A stretch of DNA of 35,906 nucleotides from Myxococcota bacterium (GCA_036149055.1 JAYZQJ010000018.1:1-35906), one strand, 5' to 3'; shown: positions 1 through 8,855, counted from the first letter of the stretch. Notes: generated by a model not told the origin, from the sequence alone. Numbers and translations: made by a program.

Positions 1-8
1 GCGCTTCG

Positions 9-83
9 CGCTCGCTGGCCGCCCGCTGCCGCGGGATCGGACGAGTGGGTGGTGCGTGCGGCGACCTCGCTGCGCTCGTCGCC
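9..83. repeat. REP-like palindromic repeat at the window start
   Basis: 9-23 CGCTCGCTGGCCGCC is the exact reverse complement of 35892-35906. Hairpin GGCGAC(60-65)-CTCGCTGCGCTC-GTCGCC(78-83). Confidence 0.55.
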
Positions 84-151
84 TGCCGTCGTTTCGAGCC
101 GCGAGGCGGGCGCTGGGTCCCGGAGTAGGGGACGATCTTCCCCATCCCCAA

Positions 152-250
152 CCCGACACCGGGCGGCAGTAGCCCTGCAGCCGGCGAGCCGCCGACGCGT
201 GCCGGCCAGCTCTCTCTTCCTCGCTTCCGCCCTTCCTCGCTTCCCGCGAG
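152..250 (+). repeat. Degenerate intergenic direct repeat, copy 1
   Basis: Core 189-250 CCGCCGACGCGTGCCGGCCAGCTCTCTCTTCCTCGCTTCCGCCCTTCCTCGCTTCCCGCGAG nearly matches 990-1047. CCCGACAC and CTGCAGC are also shared upstream. Confidence 0.8.
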
Positions 251-294
251 TGACATGGGCCGATGCGCGGGCCAGCTGGGCTATGCTCCGCCCG

Positions 295-891
295 GTGCTC
301 GATCACCTCAAGCGTGTGTTCGCCGCGGATCCGCTCGCGGGGCCGGCGGCCGACGCGGCGACGCTCGAGATCGGCGCGACGGTGAAGCTGGTCGGGGTGG
401 TGCGAGCCGTGGGCGAGCCCTGGCGCGCGCCGTTCACCGGGGGCGAGTGTGTCTCGTTCATCGTCCGCGAGGGCCCGCACTGGAACGGGCGCACCGACGG
501 GTCCACCGGTCGCGAGCTGCTGGCGCGCTCCCAGGACTTCTGGCTCGAGTGCGACGGCGGCACGGTCCTGGTCCGGCCGGAGGGCTGGTCCGAGTACTCG
601 CTCTCGGTCACCGAGGCGCGCTCCGACGACGAGACGGCCTACGCGCGCTTCGTCGCGTTCTCCGAGCGCTACGGCATGGAGCACCGCGAGACGCTCTCCG
701 CGTTCACGAACGAGATGGTCATGCTCGAGGAGACGCTCGCGGTCGGCGCCCGCGTCGCCGTGCACGGCGCCGTCGGCCCTCGGGCCGAGCGCCCCGCGCC
801 GCGCGCCGGCTACCGGTCCGAGCGGCCCCTCACCCTCGTGCCGCCGCCCGAGGGCAAGCTCCGCGTCAGCGACCGCCCCGAGCACCTCTGA
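295..891 (+). CDS. Hypothetical protein, GIDE-like (MUL1/SP1-type) beta domain; start GTG 295 or ATG 283
   Basis: Motifs VKLVGVVRAVGEPWRAPFTGGECV, DFWLECDGGTVLVRP and EETLAVGARVAVHG resemble bacterial GIDE-like proteins. The ORF-track extension to 49 runs through repeat DNA. Confidence 0.6.
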   Translation: MLDHLKRVFAADPLAGPAADAATLEIGATVKLVGVVRAVGEPWRAPFTGGECVSFIVREGPHWNGRTDGSTGRELLARSQDFWLECDGGTVLVRPEGWSEYSLSVTEARSDDETAYARFVAFSERYGMEHRETLSAFTNEMVMLEETLAVGARVAVHGAVGPRAERPAPRAGYRSERPLTLVPPPEGKLRVSDRPEHL

Positions 892-941
892 CGGCGCGAC
901 GCGAGGGGCCCATTCCTCCTCGCCTCCACTCTGCCGTCTCC

Positions 942-1047
942 CCCGACACGGGCGCCGAGCCGGGCTGCAGCTGCCCGTGAGGCGGCGGCCCGCCGGCGCG
1001 TGCCGGCCATCTCTGTCTCGCTTCCGTCCTTCCTCGCTTCCCGCGAG
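942..1047 (+). repeat. Degenerate intergenic direct repeat, copy 2
   Basis: Core 990-1047 CCGCCGGCGCGTGCCGGCCATCTCTGTCTCGCTTCCGTCCTTCCTCGCTTCCCGCGAG matches 189-250 with a few substitutions and a small indel. Confidence 0.8.
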
Positions 1048-1075
1048 CGCGGAGTCGGACGAAGGCGAGCGCGGC

Positions 1076-1321
1076 CTACTCGATGTCGGCGACGTCTTCG
1101 TTCGGCTCGAGCTTCTTGTAGACGAAGGCTCCGGCCGCGGCGCCGGCGATGGCGCAGGTCCAGAACAGGCGCATCTGGAGGAGGACCTGCAGCGCGAGGC
1201 CGATGACCAGGCCCAGGAAGGCGACGCCCACGCCGGCGAGCTTGGCGTTGCGCTGGCGGCGGCGCACGTCGCGGATGCGGGCGGTGAGGGCCTCGAGCTC
1301 GTCGTCGCTCACGTCGGGCAT
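1076..1321 (-). CDS. Small membrane protein (81 aa, two predicted TM helices)
   Basis: ATG overlaps the upstream metB stop (TGATG). Two hydrophobic segments: LAGVGVAFLGLVIGLALQVLL and LFWTCAIAGAAAGAFVY. Confidence 0.75.
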   Translation of the reverse strand: MPDVSDDELEALTARIRDVRRRQRNAKLAGVGVAFLGLVIGLALQVLLQMRLFWTCAIAGAAAGAFVYKKLEPNEDVADIE

Positions 1322-2508
1322 CAGAGGCGCTCCAGGCCGCGGAGCACGTCGGCGATGAGCTCGTCGGGGTCCTCGAGGCCGACGGCGTAGCGGATGAGCT
1401 CGTCGGGGATGCCGATCTCGAGGCGCTGCTCGGTGGTCAGCTCGTAGTAGCTCATCAGCGCCGGCTGCTCGACGAGGCTCTCGACGCCGCCGAGGCTCGG
1501 GGCGATGCGCGGGATCTCGAGCGCGTCGACGAAGGCCGAGCCCTGCTCGAGCGTCGCGTCGAGCGCGAAGGTCACGACGCCGCCGTAGCCGGGCGCCATG
1601 AGCTCCCGGGCGACGGCGTGCTGCGGGTGGCTCGGCAGCCCCGGGTACCAGACCTGTTTCACCTTGGGGTGCCCCTCGAGCGCCTCGGCGAGCGCCTGGG
1701 CGTTCTGGTTCTGGCGCGCGACCCGGACGGCGAGCGTCTTGAGCCCGCGGTGCACGAGGTAGGCGGCGTGCGGGTCCATCACCGCGCCGAGCACGTGGCG
1801 GAGGTCGCGGATGAGCGAGACGAAGCCGTGCTTGCCCGCCACGACGCCCGCGAGCACGTCGTTGTGTCCGCCGAGGTACTTCGTGCCCGAGTGCACGACG
1901 AGGTCGATGCCGTGCTCGAAGGGCCGGAGGTTCACCGGGGTGGCGAACGTGCTGTCGATCATCGTCTTGACCCGGTGCTCCTTCGCGATGGCGGCGAGCT
2001 TCGGCAGGTCGAGCACCGTGTTGAACGGGTTGGTCGGCGCCTCGCTGACGATGAGCCGCGTCTCCGGCCGGATCGCCGCCTTCAGGGCGTCGAGATCGGC
2101 CGGCGGCACGAGGGTGTGCTCCACGCCGAAGCGGCCGAGCACGGTCTTCACGAACTGCCGCGTCCGCCGGTAGCAGTCGCTGAAGAGGATCACGTGCGAG
2201 CCCGACTTCACCAGCGCGAGGATGGTCGTGGTCACCGCCGCCATGCCGCTCGCGAAGGCCACCGCGTCATCCGCGCCCTCGAGGGCCGCGACCTTCTCCT
2301 CGACGAGCCGCACGGTCGGGTTGCCGTAGCGCCCGTACTCCTCGCGCTCGGTCTTCCCCTGGAAGTAGTCGTGCAGCTCCTGCGTGTTCCGGAACGTGTA
2401 CGTCGCGGTCTGCGCGATCGGCGCCGCGAGGGCGTCGTAGGGGTAGCTCCGAGGCTCCCCCGCGTGCACGGCCTGGGTGTCGATCGTTCGCTTCGGGCGG
2501 TCGGTCAT
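1321..2508 (-). CDS. metB: Cystathionine gamma-synthase (Cys/Met metabolism PLP enzyme), plant-CGS-like
   Basis: EYGRYGNPT, FASGMAA, EAPTNP, DSTFATP, HSGTKYLGGHND (PLP lysine), SLGGVESL. Start set at MTDRPK (2508). Confidence 0.85.
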   Translation of the reverse strand: MTDRPKRTIDTQAVHAGEPRSYPYDALAAPIAQTATYTFRNTQELHDYFQGKTEREEYGRYGNPTVRLVEEKVAALEGADDAVAFASGMAAVTTTILALVKSGSHVILFSDCYRRTRQFVKTVLGRFGVEHTLVPPADLDALKAAIRPETRLIVSEAPTNPFNTVLDLPKLAAIAKEHRVKTMIDSTFATPVNLRPFEHGIDLVVHSGTKYLGGHNDVLAGVVAGKHGFVSLIRDLRHVLGAVMDPHAAYLVHRGLKTLAVRVARQNQNAQALAEALEGHPKVKQVWYPGLPSHPQHAVARELMAPGYGGVVTFALDATLEQGSAFVDALEIPRIAPSLGGVESLVEQPALMSYYELTTEQRLEIGIPDELIRYAVGLEDPDELIADVLRGLERL

Positions 2509-2561
2509 CGCGGGGGGAGGGTGGCGCATGCGGAGGCCGCTGGAAAGCGCGGCTCGTCCGG

Positions 2562-2599
2562 AATTGAGAAGGCCCGCCGCGAACGGACGCGGCGGGCCT
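2562..2599 (-). terminator. Probable intrinsic terminator of the HEAT-repeat gene
   Basis: Perfect 12-bp stem AGGCCCGCCGCG (2570-2581) / CGCGGCGGGCCT (2588-2599), 6-nt loop, followed on the minus strand by TCTCAATT, about 20 nt past the stop at 2621. Confidence 0.7.
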
Positions 2600-2620
2600 C
2601 GAGGAAGGAGCGGGGAGCGA

Positions 2621-5017
2621 CTACTGCGCCGCCGCCTCCGGGTTGTTGAGCTCCCGGAGCTTGTCACGCGCCTCGTCGGAGCCGGGGCCTCCCTGGTCGC
2701 GGGCCGACATCAGCAGGCCGCGCTCGTCCATCGCCGCGAGCACCTCCGCCGCCAGGGTGCGGAGATCCTCGTCGTCCCCGCGGAGGGCGTTCCAGAGCCG
2801 CTCGCGGATGGCGCGCGGGGTCATGCCGTCGTGGCCGTCCCAGCCGCTCTTCAGCCGCTGGATGATGTGGTTCCAGACGTAGCCGTGCCGGTTGTCGCCC
2901 TCACCCTCGTTGAGGATGTGAGCCACCCGCAGGCGCCGCCAGACCTCGCCGCTCTCGAAGTTGCCCTCGGTGACGAGGTTGAAGGCGTTGCTCTCGTCGT
3001 CGCGGATGCTGAAGAGCAGCACCTGCTGGAGCTCCGCGTTGCCCTCGAGCGCGTCGAGGAGCGCGTTCGCGTTCTCCTCGCTGCCGCCGAGCACGATCAT
3101 GAAGGCCGCCTCGCGCTGGGTGGTCTCGGCCGCGAGCATCTGCGCGACGCGCTGATCGAGCGCGGGATCCGCCGCGTAGCCCACCGCGAGCGAGGCGGCC
3201 CGCTTCACGTCCGGCGGGATGTCGGGGCTCGCCACCAGCTCCATCAGATCGGAGGCGACCTCCTGCGACGGGTTCTGCCAGAGGGTCGCGACGTAGTAGC
3301 GCTTCGCCACCTCGTCGAGGTCGGGGTCGCGCAGCTTCTCGAGGACCTGGGTGAGGACCTCCGGGGTGGCGAGCGCGCCGAGCGCGAGGCCCGCGTCCTG
3401 GCGCAGCCGGCGGTCGTCGAGGGGATCCTCGATGATCTCCATCAGCGCCTCGGCCGCGTCCGGGCGGCCGTAGCGGCCCAGCGCGCGGACCGCCGCGGTG
3501 CGGTTCATGAACGCCTCCTCGTTGGCCACGCTGGGCTGCGAGAAGTCGGTGTCTCCGCGCGGGATCATGCGCAGGAGCCGGTCGTAGGCCGGGTCGTAGT
3601 CGAGGTCGGCCAGGGCCGCCGCGGCGCTCGCGACGTCGTCGCCCTCGAGCTGACGCTCGATGACCGGGCCCACGTGGGTCGCGCCGGTGGTGCCGAGCGC
3701 GCGCAGGATGTTCGCGCGACGGGCGAGGTAGCGCTCCTCGTCCTGCAGCATCTCCACCAGGCCGTCCGCGGCGTTCTCCACGCCGAGGCGCTGGATCTTC
3801 GAGAGCGCCTCACGAGCCACCGTCAGGTCGAGGCCCTGGGCGAGCTCGATGAGCGCGGGGACCGCCCGCTGGTCGCCCAGCTCGGCGAGGCCGAACGCGG
3901 CGCTCTGCTTGATCTCCTCGTCCTCCGACGCGACGTGCTCGGCGAGCGTGTCGGCCGCGCGCGGGTCGTGGCTGTTGGCGATCATCGCGATCAGCTCGCG
4001 GCGGATCTCGATCTCCTCGGCGCTCTGGAGCAGGGCGGCGACGCCGGGGGCGCCGACCGTCTTGCGGAGCGACTCGAGCACCGCGGTGCGCATGCGGGGC
4101 TGGCTCTCCAGGATGCGGAAGAGCGGCCCCCCGGCGCGCGGGTCACCGGCCCGGCCGAGGCCGGAGGCGATCGAGCGCAGCACGTTCTCCTCCGGCTCCT
4201 CGCGACCGAGCTCGAAGTCGGTCATGCGGCTGAGCGGGTCGATGACGTCCGGCGAGCCGGTCTCGGCGAGCGCGGCCGCGGTGAGCGTGCGGACCGAGGT
4301 CTCGTCGTGGTTGAGCAGGTCGTTGCTGCTGAGCCGCTCGGGGCCGAGCACGTCGCTGATCACGCGCGGGTCGAAGCCCGGCTGCCCCTGGAGGCGGCCC
4401 GAGCTGAACTCCTCGATGATCGCGTCCGACGCCGCCGACTCGCCGAGCACCGCGAGCGCCCAGACGACCGCGGCGCGCGCGCCGGTCGGCGCGTTCGGGA
4501 GCACCGCGAGGAGCTGCGGCTTCGCGGGGTCCGCGGCCGGCGACCCGATCGCCGCCAGGGCCCGCGCCGCGGCGGTCACCACCGTGGGCTGCTGCTCGGA
4601 GTCGAGCTGCTCCATGATGACCGGGACCGACTCGGCGTCCTCGTACTCCGCCATCTTCTGGAGGATGCGGATCTTGACGTCTTCGTACTTGGTCTCGGGC
4701 AGGATCGCGCGGATGCGCCGGAGGAAGTCCTCCTGGTTCTCCGCGTTGTCTTGCGCGTCCTGGTAGGCGGTCCAGCGGGCGTTGTACGCCTCGTTCTGCT
4801 GCCACCACACCACGCCCATCCCAGCCACGCCGAGGATGAGGACGAGCAGCACCGCCCACCCCCAGATCGGGGTGCGGCTGCCCATCTTGGCGAGCGCGTC
4901 GTCGTCGCCGAGGGGCGGACCGAGGTCCGCGGCCGCGAAGGCGTCGTCGCCGGGGAGGTCGGGGAGGTCTTCGTGCTCGTCGAGACCGTCGTCCTGCAGG
5001 TTCGTATTGGGATCCAT
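2621..5017 (-). CDS. Membrane-anchored HEAT/PBS-lyase repeat protein (~800 aa)
   Basis: Acidic N-terminus, one TM helix (IWGWAVLLVLILGVAGMGVVWW), then many HEAT-like units (AAARALAAIG, AAFGLAELGDQRAVPALIELA, AAVRALGRYG). Start MDPNTN at 5017. Confidence 0.85.
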   Translation of the reverse strand: MDPNTNLQDDGLDEHEDLPDLPGDDAFAAADLGPPLGDDDALAKMGSRTPIWGWAVLLVLILGVAGMGVVWWQQNEAYNARWTAYQDAQDNAENQEDFLRRIRAILPETKYEDVKIRILQKMAEYEDAESVPVIMEQLDSEQQPTVVTAAARALAAIGSPAADPAKPQLLAVLPNAPTGARAAVVWALAVLGESAASDAIIEEFSSGRLQGQPGFDPRVISDVLGPERLSSNDLLNHDETSVRTLTAAALAETGSPDVIDPLSRMTDFELGREEPEENVLRSIASGLGRAGDPRAGGPLFRILESQPRMRTAVLESLRKTVGAPGVAALLQSAEEIEIRRELIAMIANSHDPRAADTLAEHVASEDEEIKQSAAFGLAELGDQRAVPALIELAQGLDLTVAREALSKIQRLGVENAADGLVEMLQDEERYLARRANILRALGTTGATHVGPVIERQLEGDDVASAAAALADLDYDPAYDRLLRMIPRGDTDFSQPSVANEEAFMNRTAAVRALGRYGRPDAAEALMEIIEDPLDDRRLRQDAGLALGALATPEVLTQVLEKLRDPDLDEVAKRYYVATLWQNPSQEVASDLMELVASPDIPPDVKRAASLAVGYAADPALDQRVAQMLAAETTQREAAFMIVLGGSEENANALLDALEGNAELQQVLLFSIRDDESNAFNLVTEGNFESGEVWRRLRVAHILNEGEGDNRHGYVWNHIIQRLKSGWDGHDGMTPRAIRERLWNALRGDDEDLRTLAAEVLAAMDERGLLMSARDQGGPGSDEARDKLRELNNPEAAAQ

Positions 5018-5081
5018 CGTGTTCCCCCTCGGGTTCCGCTCCCTGGCGACCGCGCCAGCCCGAGCGCCCGAATTCCGCCGC

Positions 5082-5111
5082 ACGATAGCCAAACCCGCGC
5101 CGCGACTTCAA
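5082..5111 (-). promoter_or_regulatory. Putative sigma70-type promoter for the HEAT gene
   Basis: Minus strand TTGAAG-18 nt-TATCGT. Confidence 0.5.
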
Positions 5112-5207
5112 CGACCACGGTCACGTTCTGGTCACGCGGGCCCCCGCGGCCTCCGCCGCCCGCGGGAGGCCGCTTCGGGAGGCTCTCGCAAGTGCCCGAA
5201 ATCGCTT

Positions 5208-5236
5208 TTGACTCCGCCCAACCCCTTGGATATGCT
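5208..5236 (+). promoter_or_regulatory. Sigma70-type promoter for ihfB
   Basis: TTGACT(5208-5213)-17 nt-TATGCT(5231-5236); AGGAGG Shine-Dalgarno at 5248-5253. Confidence 0.75.
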
Positions 5237-5260
5237 CGCCCGGGTTCAGGAGGGGTCTGG

Positions 5261-5560
5261 ATGACGAAGTCCGAGCTGATCGATGCCGTGGCGCGGCGGT
5301 CGAAGATCACCAAGAGCCGGGCCGAGCAGGTGGTCAACTGCATCTTCGAGACGATGACCGCTTCGCTCGAGCGGGGGGAAGGCATCGAGATTCGCGGCTT
5401 CGGCAGCTTCACCGTGCGCAAGTACAAGGCGTACGACGGCCGGAACCCGCGCACCGGGGAGACGGTGCCGGTGCCGCCGAAGCGACTGCCCTTCTTCAAG
5501 GTGGGCAAGGAGCTGAAGGAGCTCGTCAACGAGGGCTTCGACACGCCCTCGGGCGAGTGA
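5261..5560 (+). CDS. ihfB: Integration host factor beta / HU family DNA-binding protein (99 aa)
   Basis: MTKSELI, IEIRGFGSF, GRNPRTGE, FKVGKELKELVN. Strong SD and promoter. It is the real C-terminal part of the 2477..5560 ORF. Confidence 0.9.
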   Translation: MTKSELIDAVARRSKITKSRAEQVVNCIFETMTASLERGEGIEIRGFGSFTVRKYKAYDGRNPRTGETVPVPPKRLPFFKVGKELKELVNEGFDTPSGE

Positions 5561-5563
5561 CCT

Positions 5564-6913
5564 TCAGACGCGCGCCTTCTCGAGGACCTGCGGCAGCAGC
5601 GGCTCGCCCTCGTCGATGCCCTCGAGCATCGCGTCGGCCGGGGTCTTGCCCGCCTCGATCAGCGCCTTCAGCTTCGAGAGGTGGATGCGCTCGTCCTCGC
5701 CGCGCCGGTTGAGGTGACCGAGCCGCTCGAGCCCCGCCTCGCTGATCGCGAGCAGCTCGCGCGCCCACTCACCGACCGGGCGACCGGCCAGCTCTCCGCG
5801 GAGACCGTGCTTCGCGATCCCGGCCCGGGAGGCCTCCACGACGTCGTGGTCGAGGCCGCTCACCAGCGACTCGGCCGCCGTGAGCGCGTCGTCGTCGTAG
5901 AGCACGCCCTTGAGCAGGGCGGGGAGGGCGCAGACCATCGGGGTGGGCTGGGCGTCGGCGCCGCGCACCTCGATCGTCTTCTTGAGGCGGACCTCCGGGA
6001 AGAGCGTGTTGAGGTGGGTCAGCCAGTCGTCGTAGGTCGCGGTCAGCCCGTCCTTGCCCTCGTTCATGAAGGTCCGGAAGGTCTGGTCGGTGTTCTGCAC
6101 GATCTTGCCGCCGCGCTTGACGAGGAACATCGGCACGTCGAGCGCCCACTCGACGTAGGTGCGGTAGGAGAAGTCGTCGGCCCAGGCGAAGGGCAAGAGG
6201 CCGCTCCGGTCCGGGTCGACCTCGAGCCAGACGCGGCCGCGGTGGGTGACCTCGCCGGCGGGCGCGCCCTCGATCCACGGGCTGTTGGCGAACATCGCCG
6301 TCACCACCGGCGACAGGGCGAGCGACACCCGGATCTTGCGGATCGCGTCGGCCTCGTCGGCGAAGTCGAAGTTCGCCTGCACGGTGCAGGTGCGCCGCAT
6401 CATGTCCAGCGCGAGCGCGCCCTTGGTCGGCAGGTAGGACTTCATCACCCCGTAGCGGAGCTTGGGCACCCACGGCAGATCCGCCTGGCGCGCGAAGGGG
6501 TGGAAGCCGAGGCCGAGCCAGCCGATGCCCAGCTCGTCCGAGATGTCACGCAGCTCCGCCATGTGTCCGCGGAACTCGGCGCAGGTCTGGTGCGTGGAGG
6601 TGAGCGGCGCGCCGCTGAGCTCGAGCTGGGCGCCCGGCTCGAGCGTGATCGAGGCGTCGCCCCGACGCAGCATGATGACCTCGCCGCCGTCGTGCTCGCG
6701 CTCGGCGAACCACCCGTGGCGATCGCACAGCTCGAGCAGCACCGACTGGATGCCGCGCTCGCCCTCGAAGGGGACCGGGCGGCCGTCCGAGACGTAGACC
6801 CCGAACTTCTCGGCCTCGGTCCCGACCCTCCACCGCGATCGCGGCTTCTCCGCCTCGTGGAAGGGGCGGAGCAGGTCGTCGAGGCCCTTCAGGGGGCGGC
6901 TTGCTTCGTTCAT
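5564..6913 (-). CDS. gshA: Glutamate--cysteine ligase, plant/alphaproteobacterial (GCS2) type
   Basis: VGTEAEKF, ITLEPGAQLELSGAP, MMRRTCTVQANFD, AMFANSP, YVEWALDVPM, HLNTLFPEVRLK, IEVRGAD. GAGGA SD before ATG 6913. Confidence 0.9.
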   Translation of the reverse strand: MNEASRPLKGLDDLLRPFHEAEKPRSRWRVGTEAEKFGVYVSDGRPVPFEGERGIQSVLLELCDRHGWFAEREHDGGEVIMLRRGDASITLEPGAQLELSGAPLTSTHQTCAEFRGHMAELRDISDELGIGWLGLGFHPFARQADLPWVPKLRYGVMKSYLPTKGALALDMMRRTCTVQANFDFADEADAIRKIRVSLALSPVVTAMFANSPWIEGAPAGEVTHRGRVWLEVDPDRSGLLPFAWADDFSYRTYVEWALDVPMFLVKRGGKIVQNTDQTFRTFMNEGKDGLTATYDDWLTHLNTLFPEVRLKKTIEVRGADAQPTPMVCALPALLKGVLYDDDALTAAESLVSGLDHDVVEASRAGIAKHGLRGELAGRPVGEWARELLAISEAGLERLGHLNRRGEDERIHLSKLKALIEAGKTPADAMLEGIDEGEPLLPQVLEKARV

Positions 6914-7009
6914 CGTCGGGACATTCCTCTCGCCGTTGACCACGGGGTCGGCCGCTCATACGCTCTCGGCCCACGCGCGTCGAGGCGCGGTCCGGACCTG
7001 GAGATGTGA

Positions 7010-7357
7010 GTGAGCAGCCGACGCACGGACGGCACCATCGGCCCCGAACTCGTGGTTCACGGGAGCCTCAACGGCAAGTCCGATCTGCGGATCGACGGCG
7101 CCTTCGACGGTGAGCTGAGGCTCGACGGAGCCCTGGTGGTCGGGCCGGAGGGCCGGGTGCACGCGCCCGTCTCGGTCTCCGACCTCGAGCTCGAGGGGGA
7201 GCTTCGCGGCGACGTGACGGCCGCGGGCGCCGTGGCGGTTCGCCCCGGGGGTCGCCTGGTGGGCGACGTCCGCGCTCGGCGCATCGCGATCGACGACGGC
7301 GGCGCGCTCGAGGGCGGCATCGAGATGGACTTCGATCTGCCGGAGGGTGAAGCGTGA
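7010..7357 (+). CDS. Bactofilin (polymer-forming cytoskeletal protein)
   Basis: TIGPELVVHGSL...LRIDGAFDGEL...GELRGDV...LVGDVRARRIAIDDGGALEGGIEM beta-helix signature. Confidence 0.9.
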   Translation: MSSRRTDGTIGPELVVHGSLNGKSDLRIDGAFDGELRLDGALVVGPEGRVHAPVSVSDLELEGELRGDVTAAGAVAVRPGGRLVGDVRARRIAIDDGGALEGGIEMDFDLPEGEA

Positions 7358-8295
7358 GCCGGACCTCGGTGCTCCCCGCCGGCGTGACCCTCGTGGGCGC
7401 GATCGAAGGCGCGGGCGATCTGGTGATCGCCGGCACGGTCGAGGGCCCGATCGAGCTCGACGGCGGCCTCGTCATCGAGGAGGGCGGCCGGATCCACGGC
7501 GACGTCAGCGTCACGACGCTGATCGTGCGCGGCGTGCTCTCCGGCGACGCCTCCGCCCAGGAGACGATCCGGCTCGAGGGCAGCGCGATGGTGGTCGGCG
7601 ACGCGGTGGCGCCCCGGGTGCACATCGTCGACGGCGCACGGGTCCGGGGCCGGGTCCGCATGAACGGCGAGCCGATGGTGCCCAAGGCGGTGCGCCGCCC
7701 GCGCCGCCCGGCCGAGGAGCCTGCCGCTGGGTCCTCCGCTGCGTCCTCCGCTGGGTCCTCCGCCCCGTCTTCCAGCGGGGCAGTGTCTTCCAGCGGGGCA
7801 GTGTCTTCGGCCGGGAAGCCGGTCTCGCGCAAGCAGGTCGGGCACACCCGGACCGAGCACGTGCCGCCGCAGCTCGCCCACGACGACGACGACGCGATCG
7901 CGCTCGAGGGGGCGCCGACCGCGGTGGGGGCCCCGGCCGCGCTCGACGAGGAGAGCCCGCGCCCGCGGCGCACGACCCGGAGCCGGGGGCGCAAGCCCGC
8001 CGGAGACGAGGCGCCCGAGGAGACCCCGCGGGCCGACGCGGCGGGAGACGAGGGCGAGGGCCGCCGGTCGCGCAAGCGTCGCCGGGGCCGACGACGCGGC
8101 GGCCGCCAGAACGACCGCCCCGAGCGGGAGCAGGCGCCCGCGCCGAAGGCCGAGACGAAGCCGGAGCCGGCCGAGGCGAAGGCCGACGAGCCGCCGAAGA
8201 AGAAGCGGCGCCGGCCGCCGCCGCCGAACATGCCGACGGTCGGGCGTCAGAAGGCCAAGCGCAAGGACAGGAGCGACGCCAACCCGGCGTCGTGA
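7354..8295 (+). CDS. Bactofilin with long disordered C-terminal extension (BacP-like architecture)
   Basis: N-terminal bactofilin domain (DLVIAGTVEGPI...VVGDAVAPRVHIVDGARVRGRVRM) followed by ~200 aa Ser/Ala/Pro/charged tail. GTGA overlap with the upstream bactofilin. Confidence 0.85.
   Translation: MSRTSVLPAGVTLVGAIEGAGDLVIAGTVEGPIELDGGLVIEEGGRIHGDVSVTTLIVRGVLSGDASAQETIRLEGSAMVVGDAVAPRVHIVDGARVRGRVRMNGEPMVPKAVRRPRRPAEEPAAGSSAASSAGSSAPSSSGAVSSSGAVSSAGKPVSRKQVGHTRTEHVPPQLAHDDDDAIALEGAPTAVGAPAALDEESPRPRRTTRSRGRKPAGDEAPEETPRADAAGDEGEGRRSRKRRRGRRRGGRQNDRPEREQAPAPKAETKPEPAEAKADEPPKKKRRRPPPPNMPTVGRQKAKRKDRSDANPAS
7724..7808 (+). repeat. In-frame tandem repeats within the bactofilin tail
   Basis: 12-bp CCGCTG(G/C)GTCCT x3 (7724-7759) and 18-bp TCTTCCAGCGGGGCAGTG x2 (7768-7803). 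Confidence 0.85.
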
Positions 8296-8306
8296 GGGGC
8301 CCCGAG

Positions 8307-8855
8307 ATGGACCGCCTCCTCGAGCTGCTCCGGACCCACAGCTACCGGAAGAAGAAGGTCGTGCTCGCCAGCGGCAAGGAGAGCGACTTCTTCGTCGACT
8401 GCAAGCAGACGGCGCTGCGCGCCGAAGGCCACGCGCTCGTCGGCGAGGCGATGCTCGACGCGCTCTCGCGGCTGCCGACGAAGGCCGACGCGGTCGCCGG
8501 CGTGGCGCTCGGCGGCTGCCCGCTCGCGTCGGCGGTGTCGCTCGTGTCCCACCAGAAGGGGACCCCGCTCGACGCGGTGTACGTGCGCAAAGAGGTCAAG
8601 GACCACGGGAGCCGCCGCCAGATCGAAGGCGACGATCACCTCGCCGACGGCGCGGCGATCGCGGTCCTCGAGGACGTGGTGACGACCGGCGGCTCGACCC
8701 TGAAGGCGCTCGGCTGGCTGCGCGACGCCGGCTACACGATCGCGGGCGTGGTCGCCCTCGTCGACCGCCGCGAGGGCGGGGCCGAGAACCTCCGCGACGC
8801 CGGCGTGCCCTTCGTGGCGCTCTACGGGCGGGAAGACTTCACGGATGAGGGCTAG
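8307..8855 (+). CDS. pyrE: Orotate phosphoribosyltransferase
   Basis: VLASGKESDFFVDCK, VRKEVKDHG, PRPP-binding VLEDVVTTGGS, LVDRREGG. Confidence 0.93.
   Translation: MDRLLELLRTHSYRKKKVVLASGKESDFFVDCKQTALRAEGHALVGEAMLDALSRLPTKADAVAGVALGGCPLASAVSLVSHQKGTPLDAVYVRKEVKDHGSRRQIEGDDHLADGAAIAVLEDVVTTGGSTLKALGWLRDAGYTIAGVVALVDRREGGAENLRDAGVPFVALYGREDFTDEG

Noticed and set aside
2477..5260. 1027-aa ORF appearing to fuse a long N-terminus to IHF
   Set aside because: It is the antisense shadow of the HEAT gene. ihfB has its own promoter, SD and ATG at 5261.
7347..8306. Apparent 320-aa N-terminal extension of PyrE
   Set aside because: An off-frame read of the bactofilin gene; PyrE homology begins at ATG 8307.
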